NCBI GenBank assembly: GCA_965207735.1
Contig: OZ242296.1
Location: 736,001-800,000, forward strand
Length of the DNA: 64,000 nucleotides
Reading direction: 5' to 3'
DNA from: Candidatus Versatilivorator sp.
GTDB lineage: Bacteria > Acidobacteriota > Terriglobia > Versatilivoradales > Versatilivoraceae
The notes beneath the pieces are model-generated. The model was not told the DNA's origin. It was given only the letters and a program-made list of their open reading frames with translations, and searched no databases. Of the stretch, positions 47,431 through 57,705 are shown in pieces (position 1 is the first letter of the stretch; the number at the start of each line of letters is the position of its first letter). The translations under genes and the position numbers were made by a program.

Positions 47431-48951
47431 ATGCCTTCGAACGACTTGAGCATGCCCGATACCGCTGACAGCAGCATTCACCAACGATTTTCGACGCGAT
47501 GGGGCCTTCTTTTCAGCGTCTTGGGGGTGGCGGTGGGGACCGGAAACATCTGGAGGTTCCCCCGTATCGCCGCTCAAAACGGGGGCGAGCACGGTGCGGG
47601 GGCCTTTCTGGTCAGTTGGGTGCTTTTCCTGTTTCTGTGGAGCATCCCCTTGATCGTGGCCGAATACGCCATCGGCCGGCGGAGCCGCAAGGGTCCGGTC
47701 GAAGCCCTGACTGCCATTGCGGGGCGGAATCTGGCCTGGACCGGTGGCTTCGTCGCCTTTGTCTCGGCAGCCATCACCTTTTACTACGCTGTGGTGGTGG
47801 GTTGGTGCCTCTATTACCTGTTTCAGATGGTCACCGCGCCACTGCCGCTGTCCACCGAAGCCGCCTTCTCCACCTGGAACCGCTTCCAGTCCTCCGCCTG
47901 GCCTTCCTTCTTCCATGCTCTCGTCCTGGTTCTGGGCGTTCTGGCGATCTGGCGGGGGATCCGCTCCATCGAACGTCTCAACCGCTGGATGATTCCCACC
48001 CTGCTGGCGATCGTCCTGATCTCGCTGGTTCGTGCCCTGACCCTGCCCGGCTCATCGGCGGGCGTGGTCTATCTGTTCACGCCCGACTGGGAACAGCTGC
48101 TTCAGCCGAGAATCTGGCTGGAAGCCCTCAGCCAGAATGCCTGGGATACCGGAGCCGGCTGGGGGCTCTTCTTGACCTATGCCGCCTACATGCAGCGACA
48201 ACAACCCATCGTCAAGAATGCCCTGTTGACCGGTATCGGGAACAACCTGGTCTCTTTGCTGGCGGCCCTGATCGTTTTTGGGACGGTCTTCTCGATCCTG
48301 CAGTCGGAAATGTCCCTGTCCCGCCAGGAGACTCTCGAGATCCTGCGCTCCAGCGGCCCTGCCTCTACCGGGCTGACCCTGATCTGGATGCCCCAGCTGT
48401 TCGCCCGCATGTCCTTGGGGACTCCCCTCTCCATCCTGTTTTTCCTGGGACTGACGCTGGCGGGCTTCAGCTCGCTCATGGCCATGCTGGAACTACAGGC
48501 CCGGGTGCTGGTGGATGCGGGCTTGACCCGGTCCAGGGCGGTGCTGCTGGTGTCGGTCGTCAGCTATCTGCTGGGCATCCCCTCTGCGCTCAGCCTGTCC
48601 TTTTTCGGGAACCAGGACTTCGTCTGGGGTGTGGCCTTGATGATCTCGGGGGCGCTGGTCGCCTTTGCCGTGACCCGATACGGGTGTGCGCGCCTGCGAG
48701 GAGAGGAACTGCCGGCCATTTCCGGCGATCTGTCCCTGGGGCGGTGGTGGGATGTTTCCATGAAGTACGTGGTCCCGGTGGCGGCTTCCCTGTTACTGTT
48801 GTGGTGGCTGTCGCTGTCGGCCACGGTCTACGCCCCGGATCAATGGCACAATCCCCTGCTTCCCTACAGCGTCATGACCTGCCTGGTGCAGTGGGGAGCG
48901 GTGTTGACGGTGCTGTGGCTCCTCAACCACCGCCTCTCCCGGCGCAGGTAA
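47431..48951 (+). CDS. Sodium-dependent transporter, NSS/SNF family
   Basis: AVGTGNIWRFP and many TM segments. Confidence 0.92.
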   Translation: MPSNDLSMPDTADSSIHQRFSTRWGLLFSVLGVAVGTGNIWRFPRIAAQNGGEHGAGAFLVSWVLFLFLWSIPLIVAEYAIGRRSRKGPVEALTAIAGRNLAWTGGFVAFVSAAITFYYAVVVGWCLYYLFQMVTAPLPLSTEAAFSTWNRFQSSAWPSFFHALVLVLGVLAIWRGIRSIERLNRWMIPTLLAIVLISLVRALTLPGSSAGVVYLFTPDWEQLLQPRIWLEALSQNAWDTGAGWGLFLTYAAYMQRQQPIVKNALLTGIGNNLVSLLAALIVFGTVFSILQSEMSLSRQETLEILRSSGPASTGLTLIWMPQLFARMSLGTPLSILFFLGLTLAGFSSLMAMLELQARVLVDAGLTRSRAVLLVSVVSYLLGIPSALSLSFFGNQDFVWGVALMISGALVAFAVTRYGCARLRGEELPAISGDLSLGRWWDVSMKYVVPVAASLLLLWWLSLSATVYAPDQWHNPLLPYSVMTCLVQWGAVLTVLWLLNHRLSRRR

Positions 48952-48971
48952 GTCAAGCCGCGCTGCACGGG

Positions 48972-49130
48972 GCGGATCATACGAGAGTGAAACAATCGGA
49001 AATCGACCAATTCCTTCGCGACCTTGGCAACCCGTCGCGGTTAACCTCAATGCCTTAGTGGCCCTTCGTCGTTCTTCGTGTTCCTTCGTGGATAACTCTT
49101 TTTTTGTTTTTTTTCGTTTGTTTCGAGTAA
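48972..49130 (+). repeat. Dispersed repeat, family C
   Basis: Similar to 22759-22925. Confidence 0.85.
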
Positions 49131-49158
49131 GTTCTGAATCCGAGCCGTTGGCAGATCC

Positions 49159-50109
49159 ATGGAACGAATCCGCGTCATTGACTCCCATACCGCCGGCGAA
49201 CCGACCCGGGTGGTGGTGGAGGGTGGGCCCGACCTGGGAAGCGGTCCCATGGCGGAAAGACTGATCCGTTTTCGCGACCGTTTCGATCCCTTTCGCTCGG
49301 CGGTCGTGAATGAGCCGCGCGGTTCCGATACGCTGGTGGGAGCCCTTCTCTGCGAGCCCTTCGAAACGGATAGCGCCGCCGGAGCGATCTTCTTCAATAA
49401 CGTGGGCTATCTGAGCATGTGCGGTCACGGCGCCATCGGGATTGTGGCCACCCTTGGCCATCTGGGCCGCATCAAGCCCGGGCGGCATCGTCTGGAAACC
49501 CCCGCGGGCACCATTGCAGCCGGCTTGCAGGCTTCCGGAGAAGTAGTCATCGAGAACGTGGCCAGCTTCCGTTGGTCCAAGGGGGTGGCTTTGGATCTGG
49601 AGACTTACGGCCGCTTGACGGGAGATGTGGCCTGGGGAGGCAACTGGTTCTTCCTGAGTGAGGACCACGGCCTGCGGCTGTCTCCGGACAACACCGACCG
49701 CTTGCTCGACTGTACCTGGAAAATCAGGAGAGAGCTCCGTAAGCGGGGAATCACCGGTAAGGACCGGCGGGAGATCGATCACATCGCACTCTTCGCCCCG
49801 CCGCAGCGCACCGACGCCGACGCCAGGAACTTTGTGCTGTGTCCCGGGGGCTCCTACGACCGCTCACCCTGTGGTACGGGCACCTCTGCGAAAGTCGCTT
49901 GCCTGGTGGCCGACGGCCGTATCGGCCAAGGACAGACCTGGCGTCAGGAGAGCATCATCGGCAGTCTGTTCGAGGCTACGGTCCGCCTCGATCGGGGTCG
50001 CATTGTGCCCGCCATCAAGGGAGCGGCTTTTGTCACCGCCGAGGCCACGCTCCTGCTGCATCCGCGAGACCCACTGAGAATGGGTCTCAGGCCTGCCGCC
50101 AGTCCCTGA
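49159..50109 (+). CDS. Proline racemase family protein (4-hydroxyproline epimerase-like)
   Basis: IDSHTAGEPTR, SMCGHG and DRSPCGTGTSA (both catalytic Cys present). Confidence 0.92.
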   Translation: MERIRVIDSHTAGEPTRVVVEGGPDLGSGPMAERLIRFRDRFDPFRSAVVNEPRGSDTLVGALLCEPFETDSAAGAIFFNNVGYLSMCGHGAIGIVATLGHLGRIKPGRHRLETPAGTIAAGLQASGEVVIENVASFRWSKGVALDLETYGRLTGDVAWGGNWFFLSEDHGLRLSPDNTDRLLDCTWKIRRELRKRGITGKDRREIDHIALFAPPQRTDADARNFVLCPGGSYDRSPCGTGTSAKVACLVADGRIGQGQTWRQESIIGSLFEATVRLDRGRIVPAIKGAAFVTAEATLLLHPRDPLRMGLRPAASP

Positions 50110-50453
50110 ACTTTCGACCCATTGCCACTGGCAATCCCTCAGCCCCACATTCTTTTTGGTTAGAGGCTCGAGAAAACCTATAATGCCGCAACGGTGGCCG
50201 CATCATGACTCCCCGCGCCGACTGGAATCCTGCATCTCACCGGGGAACATCCAGCAAATTTTTTACCAAGACCTTCACAATAGGGACGCCATAATGCTGA
50301 AAAAGAGAAGCTTGGGATGGTTTGTGCATCGACCTGTCCGGTGGGCAGGGACAAGCTTTAGAAAATGGCGATTCCAAGGACTCGATAACCAAGTGGAGGT
50401 TCGGGCGTTCCTGTAACGGGATCGCACACATCCGATCCTCCGGATCTGACAAT

Positions 50454-52007
50454 ATGTTTTCAGAGCATTTGTTGAGATGGCCCGATCTGGTGGCCATATG
50501 CATCAACTTGAGCGCCATGGTGGTGATTGGCGTCTATACGGCCCGCCGCAACCGTTCTGCCGACGCCTACTTCCTGGCCAATCGCAGCATGCCGGGCTGG
50601 ATCGTCGGATTTTCGCTGATGGCGACCATCATCAGCTCGATGACCTTTCTGGCCATTCCCGGCTTTACCTTCGCCAAGGACTGGCGGTACATGCCGGCGC
50701 ATTTTCTCTATTTCATCCCGGCCATCGTCGCCTATTTCCTGTTCATGCCCTACTTCCGCCGGGGGCACGTCCGCTCGGCCTACGAGTATCTGGAGCATCG
50801 CTTCGGCACCTGGGCGCGGTTGTATGCCGCCGCGGGCTTTCTGGTGTTTCAGATGTTTCGCACCGGAGTGATTCTCTATGCCGTCTGTCTTCCCTTCGGT
50901 CCCATGACCGGTTTTCCCCTGGAATGGGTGATCCTGGTGCTGGGTATCCTGGTGGCCACCTACACCATTCTCGGCGGCTTGGAAGCCGTCATCTACACCG
51001 ACCTGCTTCAGGGAATAGCCCTGATTGTCGGTGGACTCATCTGCGTTCCCGTGGCTCTCGGTCTCATTCCGGGCGGGTTGTCGCAGGTCTTTACCGAAGC
51101 GGTAGCCGACGGAAAATTCGCAATGGGAAGCACCGGCTGGTCCTGGGACGATCAAACCGTCTGGGTGCTCATCATCGTCTACCAGTTCATCTTCTTCCAA
51201 CTGCTTTGCACCGACCAGAACGCCGTCCAACGTTACATTGCCATGAGGACCGACCGGGATGCCAAGCAGGGTTTGGTCCTGTCAACCGTCATGACCATTC
51301 CGGTCTGGCTCTATTTCGCTTTCATCGGCACGGTCCTTTACGTTTATTACAAGCACTTCCCTGCCGCGGAGCTGGAGAGCCTGGTTCCCGAGCAGGCCTT
51401 CCCCTTTTTCGTGCTGACCCAGATCCCGGCCGGTGCGGCCGGTTTCGTCCTTTCCGGGCTGCTGGCCGCGGCCATGTCCACCCTGGACTCCGGCATCAAT
51501 GCTTCGGCCGCCACCCTGACCAATGACTTCTACCGCCGATTCAAGAAGTCGGTGCAAGACGAACGGCACTATCTCAAGTTCGGCCGCTGGGTCTCGGTGG
51601 CCTTTGGTGGAATCATGATCACGGTGGCGCTTTTCATCCATTTCGCCCGCACCCAGACCCTCATGGACTTGCAGACCCTGGTGTTTTCGATCCTCAGCGG
51701 GGGGCTGCTGAGCATCTTCCTGCTGGGGTTTCTGACCGAACGAGTCCACAGCCGGTCGGCGCTGATCGCTGCCATCGTTACCGTTTCAGGGGTTTGCTTC
51801 TGGCTGTTTGCAGACTCGGCCACGGGAACTCGGCTGATGCCCGAGTTCCAGAAAATGCTGCCCGACAAGTTTTGGATCGTGGTGTTTTCGAATATCTTCC
51901 TGTTCGGCCTGGCCTACCTGTTGAGTTTCTTCGTGCGGTCCGGAGAAAGCAAGAATCTGCAGAATTTGACCGTGTGGACCTCCAGGGCCGATAATCTTCC
52001 CGGCTAA
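50454..52007 (+). CDS. Sodium:solute symporter (SSS family)
   Basis: YFLANRSMP, SAYEYLEHRF, GGLEAVIYTD, DQNAVQRY, AAMSTLDSGIN. Confidence 0.92.
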   Translation: MFSEHLLRWPDLVAICINLSAMVVIGVYTARRNRSADAYFLANRSMPGWIVGFSLMATIISSMTFLAIPGFTFAKDWRYMPAHFLYFIPAIVAYFLFMPYFRRGHVRSAYEYLEHRFGTWARLYAAAGFLVFQMFRTGVILYAVCLPFGPMTGFPLEWVILVLGILVATYTILGGLEAVIYTDLLQGIALIVGGLICVPVALGLIPGGLSQVFTEAVADGKFAMGSTGWSWDDQTVWVLIIVYQFIFFQLLCTDQNAVQRYIAMRTDRDAKQGLVLSTVMTIPVWLYFAFIGTVLYVYYKHFPAAELESLVPEQAFPFFVLTQIPAGAAGFVLSGLLAAAMSTLDSGINASAATLTNDFYRRFKKSVQDERHYLKFGRWVSVAFGGIMITVALFIHFARTQTLMDLQTLVFSILSGGLLSIFLLGFLTERVHSRSALIAAIVTVSGVCFWLFADSATGTRLMPEFQKMLPDKFWIVVFSNIFLFGLAYLLSFFVRSGESKNLQNLTVWTSRADNLPG

Positions 52008-52054
52008 GGGAGATCTGGGGCCAACCGAACAATAAACGAAAGGAATGCCTGTCC

Positions 52055-52837
52055 ATGTTTCAAAACCGGGTCAAGCAGCTCTTGCAGGCGGGGAAGGCCG
52101 CCTGGGGTGCCGGTCTGGCCGACGCCTCAGAGATTGTGGCCCAGGCGACCATCGAGACCGGCATCGATTTCCTGTGGATCGATCTGGAGCATCGACCCTA
52201 TGAGGTTGATGCCGTACGCTGGATTCCCATCCTCTGCCGCCGCAAGTCATGCGTCCCGCTGGTCCGGGTGGCAGGGCTGGAATCCCATCTCATCAAGAAG
52301 GCCCTGGACATCGGGGCCAGCGCCATTATGGTGCCCCAGGTCAACTCGGCCGCGGAGGCCCAGCGAGCCGTTGAATACTGCAAATACCCGCCGGAGGGTA
52401 CCCGAGGCGTCTCGCCGTTGTGGCCTCTCTTCGAGGGGGTTTCCTGGAGCGACTATCTCCCCCGAGCCAACCAGGAAACACTGGTCGTCGTCCAGATCGA
52501 GACCGCGCCGGGCATCGAGAACCTGGAGTCCATTGCGGAGGTTCCGGGAGTGGATGTCCTGTTTTTGGGACCCACCGACACCTCTGCCGCACTGGGTCAT
52601 ATTGGCCAGATTGAGCATCCCGAGGTTCAGGCGTTCCTTGCCGACTTTCCCCGCCGGGTGGCTCCCTCGGGGAAAGCCAGCGGGATCACCCTGCAATCCC
52701 TGCAGGAGTGCCGGAGGGCCTATGAACAGGGCTATCGCTTTATTGTCTGCGGCAACGTGGTGCACAGCGGCGGGGTGGCTCTGACATCGCATCTCGACCA
52801 TTTGAGGGCCGTGGAGACGCCGGAAGGCTCGCATTGA
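52055..52837 (+). CDS. HpcH/HpaI class II aldolase
   Basis: WIDLEH, ALDIGA..IMVPQV, YPPEGTRG, VQIET, LFLGPTD. Confidence 0.9.
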   Translation: MFQNRVKQLLQAGKAAWGAGLADASEIVAQATIETGIDFLWIDLEHRPYEVDAVRWIPILCRRKSCVPLVRVAGLESHLIKKALDIGASAIMVPQVNSAAEAQRAVEYCKYPPEGTRGVSPLWPLFEGVSWSDYLPRANQETLVVVQIETAPGIENLESIAEVPGVDVLFLGPTDTSAALGHIGQIEHPEVQAFLADFPRRVAPSGKASGITLQSLQECRRAYEQGYRFIVCGNVVHSGGVALTSHLDHLRAVETPEGSH

Positions 52838-52854
52838 TCGGCTAGATTTCCATC

Positions 52855-53652
52855 ATGGAGGCCGGCGCTGCCGGTGAAGCGATGTCCACAAACGTCTTCA
52901 TGCGCTATCGGATTGATTCCGCGGACCAGTATGGAATTCTGGAGGGAGATCGTCTCTACCAACTTGAAGGCGACCCGCTGAATACCCAGCAGACCACCGG
53001 GACCATTCATCGGCTTTCCGAAGTCCGAACGCTGGTCCCATGCGAACCCCGCCAGATCCTGGCCGTTGGCCGAAACTACCGGAGCCACCTCAAGGGAAGA
53101 CCGGCGCCCTCGCGCCCGGAAATCTTCTACAAACCCTTCAATTCTCTACAAAATACAGACTCTCCGATCATTGTTCCGACCGAGGCTAATGAAGTTCACC
53201 TTGAAGGCGAGCTGGTTGTGGTGATTGGACGAACAGCCCGAAACGTCTCACTCGAGCAGGCCGAATCGTGCATCTTCGCTCTGACCTGCGGCAACGATGT
53301 CAGTGCGCGAGGGTGGCAGCGGGGACCCGACCAGGACCTGCAGTGGTGGCGCGCCAAGGGGTGCGATACCTTTGGTCCCGTTGGACCGGTAATGGTTCAG
53401 GGGCTGGATCACCGCAATTTGCGACTCGAGACCCGGCTCAACGGCCAGGTGGTTCAGCAACAAACCACGGCCGATCTCATATTCGACTGTGCCACCGTGG
53501 TCAGCTACATCAGCCGGTATCTCACCCTGAGCCCGGGAGACCTGATCTTCACAGGCACCCCGGGAGCTACCGACTGGCTCACACCGGGCGATGTCGTCGA
53601 AGTTGAAATCGAGGGCATCGGGGTGTTGAGCAATCCGGTCGAGGCCGGCTGA
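52855..53652 (+). CDS. Fumarylacetoacetate hydrolase family protein
   Basis: VGRNY, HLEGEL, NDVSAR, AKGCDTFGP, GDLIFTGTP. Confidence 0.9.
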   Translation: MEAGAAGEAMSTNVFMRYRIDSADQYGILEGDRLYQLEGDPLNTQQTTGTIHRLSEVRTLVPCEPRQILAVGRNYRSHLKGRPAPSRPEIFYKPFNSLQNTDSPIIVPTEANEVHLEGELVVVIGRTARNVSLEQAESCIFALTCGNDVSARGWQRGPDQDLQWWRAKGCDTFGPVGPVMVQGLDHRNLRLETRLNGQVVQQQTTADLIFDCATVVSYISRYLTLSPGDLIFTGTPGATDWLTPGDVVEVEIEGIGVLSNPVEAG

Positions 53653-53726
53653 AATGGTTCCGACGATATCAATGTCAGCCGGTTTGCAGGCCCTCTTTCC
53701 TTCCCCTTCCCGCCTTCATTGACTTC

Positions 53727-54683
53727 ATGGAGATTACCTACGGCTACAAATCCTATCGGGCAGACCGCCGAAGCTCGCTGACCATCGGCAATTTCGACGG
53801 CTTTCACCTGGGACATCAGCGGATCCTGGATGCCCTGGTCGATGCTTCCAGCACCTCGGGAACCCGGTCGGTCCTGATCAGCTTTCTGCCCCATCCCCTG
53901 CAGCTGCTGATGCCGGAGAAAGCCCCGCGAGCCATCACTCCCCCGGAGGAAAAAATCCGCCTGCTGGGCCTCAGCCGGCTGGAGGTGCTTGCCATCCTGG
54001 ACTTCGACCGGGCTCTGTCCCGAATGACCGGTGAGGAGTTCGTGCGGGAGATCATCGTCGGCGTATTTCGGGCGCGTGAGGTTTTCGTCGGGAGCGATTT
54101 TGGGTTCGGACATCGCCGGACCGGCAACATCGCATTGCTCCGAAACCTCAGCCGGGAGCTCGATTTCCAGGTCCACATCTGCCCACAGGTGATTGTGCGG
54201 GGATCCCGGGTGAGCAGTACCCGGATACGCGAAATGCTCCAGGCCGGGCGTATCAGCAGCGCCAATCGCCTGCTCGGGAGGTTTTTCAGCTTGAAGGGAG
54301 AGGTCGTTTCCGGGCGCGGGCTCGGAAGAGAATCCCTGTTCCCCACCTTGAACCTTCGCCCGGGGTACGAGCTGATCCCAAGACCCGGGGTGTACGTCAC
54401 CCAGGCCTCCATTGGTGGTAAGCCCCATCCCTCGGTCACCAATGTCGGTTGGCGGCCCACGGTCGCCGGCAAGGATCTGACCGTGGAGACCCACCTGATC
54501 GACACCAGCCTGGAGAGCCCACCAGCCCATCTCAGCCTGGCCTTCCTTCACCGCTTGAGAGATGAAGAAAAGTTCGAGTCGCTACGGCAATTGAGAGGTC
54601 AGATCGCCCGCGACTGCCGGAGGGCCCGCCGATTCTTTCGTCTTTTCCGGCGGCTGGGCCGACCGCTGGCGACGGCCGGCTGA
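53727..54683 (+). CDS. ribF: Bifunctional riboflavin kinase / FAD synthetase
   Basis: TIGNFDGFHLGH, DFGFG, VSSTRIR, FPTLN, GVY, VETH, LRDEEKF. Confidence 0.95.
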   Translation: MEITYGYKSYRADRRSSLTIGNFDGFHLGHQRILDALVDASSTSGTRSVLISFLPHPLQLLMPEKAPRAITPPEEKIRLLGLSRLEVLAILDFDRALSRMTGEEFVREIIVGVFRAREVFVGSDFGFGHRRTGNIALLRNLSRELDFQVHICPQVIVRGSRVSSTRIREMLQAGRISSANRLLGRFFSLKGEVVSGRGLGRESLFPTLNLRPGYELIPRPGVYVTQASIGGKPHPSVTNVGWRPTVAGKDLTVETHLIDTSLESPPAHLSLAFLHRLRDEEKFESLRQLRGQIARDCRRARRFFRLFRRLGRPLATAG

Positions 54684-54697
54684 TCGCAGTTCGGCGG

Positions 54698-55615
54698 TCA
54701 AGCACTCCCGGGGGCCCGAGGGGCGACCCGGAAGGCCCCAACCCCGAAGATGCTGGGGATTGCCAGGGGCCATGCACCCTGAGGGGGTCGGTAGCGCTGC
54801 TCCAATTGGGGAAGCGTAAGGTTCTCTACCGTTTCGAAGCCATGAGCGGCCATCAGCGTGTTCATCGACCCCAAGGAATACTGGCTGACCATGGGCTCTC
54901 CCCGTTTGGCTACAAAGGATTTCATTTTCTCCTTCATGAGCAGGTGCTCGGGTCTGGCGGAGTCTTCGTCCAACAGGTAGTCGAGCACCAGGAGGGTGCC
55001 CTCAGGCAGGTTCCTGGAAATGGAATCAGCCGTCTCGCACAGATCTTCGGCGGTGAGGTAGTAAGCAACTCCCATCAGGGTCAGGAAGGTTGGCCGTGAT
55101 GGTTGGAAACCGGAGCCTTCCAAGGCTACAACCGCGGAAGTCTTGCTGAGGTCGACGTGGACGAAATGCAGGCGAGGTGGGATGGTCCAGCCGGCCTGGC
55201 GGATGCGGTCCAGCTTCTGAGCCTGGGTGATGGGATGGTCGATCTCGAAGACATCGATTCGACTCATGAGATCGGGCCTGCGAAAGGCGAAGGAATCCAT
55301 ACCGGCTCCGATGATGACATACTGGTCGATCCCCTTCTCTACGGCTGATTCCAAAGCCTCTTCGGCATATCGTGCCCGCAACAGCACGCAAAGGGTCACG
55401 GGTTCAATCGCTCTCAACACGCCCTTGATCAGAATCCATGAGAGGGGACGCAACCAGATCACCAGGCGCCAGAACCATCCGCACAGATACCTGGCAAAGG
55501 GATCCTCGAACAGCCGCACCGGATTCCTCTGGTGACTGGCCCGTACGGCCGCGGTAAGTTCGGCGGTCGAGGCTCTGCTCTTCTGTTGTAGTCTGGCGGA
55601 CTTCCCGATACTCAT
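54698..55615 (-). CDS. SAM-dependent methyltransferase (LCM-like)
   Basis: QYVIIGAGMDS, VFEIDHP, GVAYYLT. Confidence 0.85.
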   Translation of the reverse strand: MSIGKSARLQQKSRASTAELTAAVRASHQRNPVRLFEDPFARYLCGWFWRLVIWLRPLSWILIKGVLRAIEPVTLCVLLRARYAEEALESAVEKGIDQYVIIGAGMDSFAFRRPDLMSRIDVFEIDHPITQAQKLDRIRQAGWTIPPRLHFVHVDLSKTSAVVALEGSGFQPSRPTFLTLMGVAYYLTAEDLCETADSISRNLPEGTLLVLDYLLDEDSARPEHLLMKEKMKSFVAKRGEPMVSQYSLGSMNTLMAAHGFETVENLTLPQLEQRYRPPQGAWPLAIPSIFGVGAFRVAPRAPGSA

Positions 55616-55746
55616 CGATCTCCCCTTCCTGAGTTTTGCTGGATTGCCACTTACCGCTCCGGCTCTGCAATGCGGGCCAGGCTGCCCATTATGCCACGCG
55701 CGGCGCCGGCGCCGTTGATTGTTGACTCACTTCGGGTCGCTCGGGT

Positions 55747-55775
55747 TTGCAAATGTAGAGTCAGGCTGCTAGGAT
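55747..55775 (+). promoter_or_regulatory. Putative promoter of the metal-efflux operon
   Basis: TTGCAA-N17-TAGGAT with a TGn extension. Confidence 0.45.
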
Positions 55776-55794
55776 AGCCTTGAGGTAAGCGAGC

Positions 55795-56226
55795 ATGAAA
55801 CGGGCGATTCCCTATTTGTTGCTCTTCCTGTTTACGGCGGGCCAGGCGGAAGGCCTGGTGCGGCTCTGTGCGGAGTGGTTGTGCCCGGAAGGCCGTAAAC
55901 CCGGGTGTTGCCACCAATCCCTGCAGGCAAACAGCGCGCCAAGTGCCGGGTCTGAAGCCGGACACTGTTCGCCGGCGAGAACCGCGACGCCACTCGAACT
56001 GGATCGGGCTCGTTGCTGCGAAAGCCTTTCCCGCGGTACCGAGGGCCTGTTCCTCACGGCAGAACGACTTCCCAAGGAAGCTTTCAGGCAGTTCCTGCTC
56101 TGTTCCGCCCACTCGCCGGGCAGGCTGCACTCTTCGCTCGATTCCTTCTCCGCTGACGATCTCCCTTCGCAATTCCTGCAGGATCCGTCCCCTCCAGACC
56201 TCCACTCTCCGGTCCTCCGTATCTAG
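55795..56226 (+). CDS. Cys-rich small exported protein upstream of the efflux operon
   Basis: GAGG RBS, signal-like N-terminus, C/CC/HC motifs, Pro-rich end ...PSPPDLHSPVLRI. Confidence 0.65.
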   Translation: MKRAIPYLLLFLFTAGQAEGLVRLCAEWLCPEGRKPGCCHQSLQANSAPSAGSEAGHCSPARTATPLELDRARCCESLSRGTEGLFLTAERLPKEAFRQFLLCSAHSPGRLHSSLDSFSADDLPSQFLQDPSPPDLHSPVLRI

Positions 56227-56367
56227 ACCCTTTTCCATTCCGTTGACCTTTCCCACCCGATGAGGGTGCCGACGTCGCGTCGCGTCCGACCCCGTTCGGA
56301 TGCCCGGCCGCGTTCCACCAACGCCGTCCATGTCCCAGCGTCGACCCTCCAATGGAATGAGGCAGAT

Positions 56368-57705
56368 ATGAAGTCACACCCCAATGGAAGGCGAGGATCG
56401 GGCACCCTGTTCCAGGCAATGCTTGGCGGGATCCTGATCCTGTACGGATCGGCAACCTCAAGGGCTTCGGATCTCTATTCGCACGACGGAGACCCTCGCC
56501 TGAAGGCATTGATCGAGCGGGCGCTGGAGCGCAGTCCCCTGCTCCAGCAGAGCTTGGCGGATTACCGGGCAGCGCTGCAGCGACCTCCCCAGGTCGGCCA
56601 ACTGCCCGATCCGGTGCTGGCCATCACCCAGTATGCCCGCCGCCCCGAAACCAGAGTGGGTCCGCAAACCACCATGATGTCTCTGTCGCAGGCCTTTCCC
56701 TGGTTCGGCAAGCTGAACGATCGGGCGCAGGTGTCGGCGCAGCAATCCATGGTTCTGCGGGAACAGCATCGCGCCCGCGAGGCCGAACTCATCCGTCAGC
56801 TCAAGGAAGCCTATTACAGCCTGGCCTACCTGGATCGTGCCATCGCGATCGCTCAAGAAGAGGAAACCATACTCGAGCACTACGAAACCCTGGCTCAGGC
56901 CCGCTATGCCCAGGGCGCCGGCTCCCTGCAGGAAGTGGTCAAGTTGCAGGCTCAAATCACTCGATCTCAACACCGATTGCAGCTTCTGCGAATCCAGCGG
57001 GTGGATGCGGAGGCCCACTTGAACGGTTTGCTGGACCGGCCGGCGGCCACGCCCGTGGCAGCCGTCGCACTGCCCTCTCCTCCCACTCACTCGGTCGATG
57101 TCGAGAAACTCCTGCAGATGGGACAACTTCGCCGGCCCGAGATTCAGGCGGCGCGTCACCGGATCGAGGCGGGAAAAAAGCGGATCGAGCTGGCCCAAAA
57201 GGGTTACCGGCCCGACTTTAGGTTGGGAGCCAGCTTCGTCAATGTGATCGGGCGTTCCGATCCGTTGGGAAGACTCAACCCCCCGGACCAGAACGGGAAG
57301 AACATCTACGGCCTGACACTCGGAATCAAACTGCCCATCCGTCGCCGGCGCCATGATGCAGCTGTTCGGGAGGCCACCGAAAGCACCATATCCTCCCGGC
57401 GGGCCTACCGCAGCCTGAGCCGACAGGTAGAGGTCTCCATCCGGGCCATGGCCTTTCGTATTCAAACGCTGCAGGACCAGATCGAATTGTTCCAGCGGAC
57501 GTTGCTCCCCCAGTCCGAACAGGTCCTTCATTCCACCGAAGAAGCCTACGCCACCGGCAGGCTCGGAGTGCTGGATCTGCTGGACAGCGAGCGCAGTCTA
57601 TTTCAAGTGCGGATGGGACTGGCCAAATTGATCAGCGACACCATGAAATCCTTGGCTGAACTGGAACGCACCGTCGGCGTTCCCTACGGGGAGGTGAAAT
57701 CATGA
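56368..57705 (+). CDS. TolC/CusC-type outer-membrane efflux protein
   Basis: LPDP, SQAFPWFGKL and a duplicated OEP-like helical pattern; overlaps the next gene. Confidence 0.88.
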   Translation: MKSHPNGRRGSGTLFQAMLGGILILYGSATSRASDLYSHDGDPRLKALIERALERSPLLQQSLADYRAALQRPPQVGQLPDPVLAITQYARRPETRVGPQTTMMSLSQAFPWFGKLNDRAQVSAQQSMVLREQHRAREAELIRQLKEAYYSLAYLDRAIAIAQEEETILEHYETLAQARYAQGAGSLQEVVKLQAQITRSQHRLQLLRIQRVDAEAHLNGLLDRPAATPVAAVALPSPPTHSVDVEKLLQMGQLRRPEIQAARHRIEAGKKRIELAQKGYRPDFRLGASFVNVIGRSDPLGRLNPPDQNGKNIYGLTLGIKLPIRRRRHDAAVREATESTISSRRAYRSLSRQVEVSIRAMAFRIQTLQDQIELFQRTLLPQSEQVLHSTEEAYATGRLGVLDLLDSERSLFQVRMGLAKLISDTMKSLAELERTVGVPYGEVKS

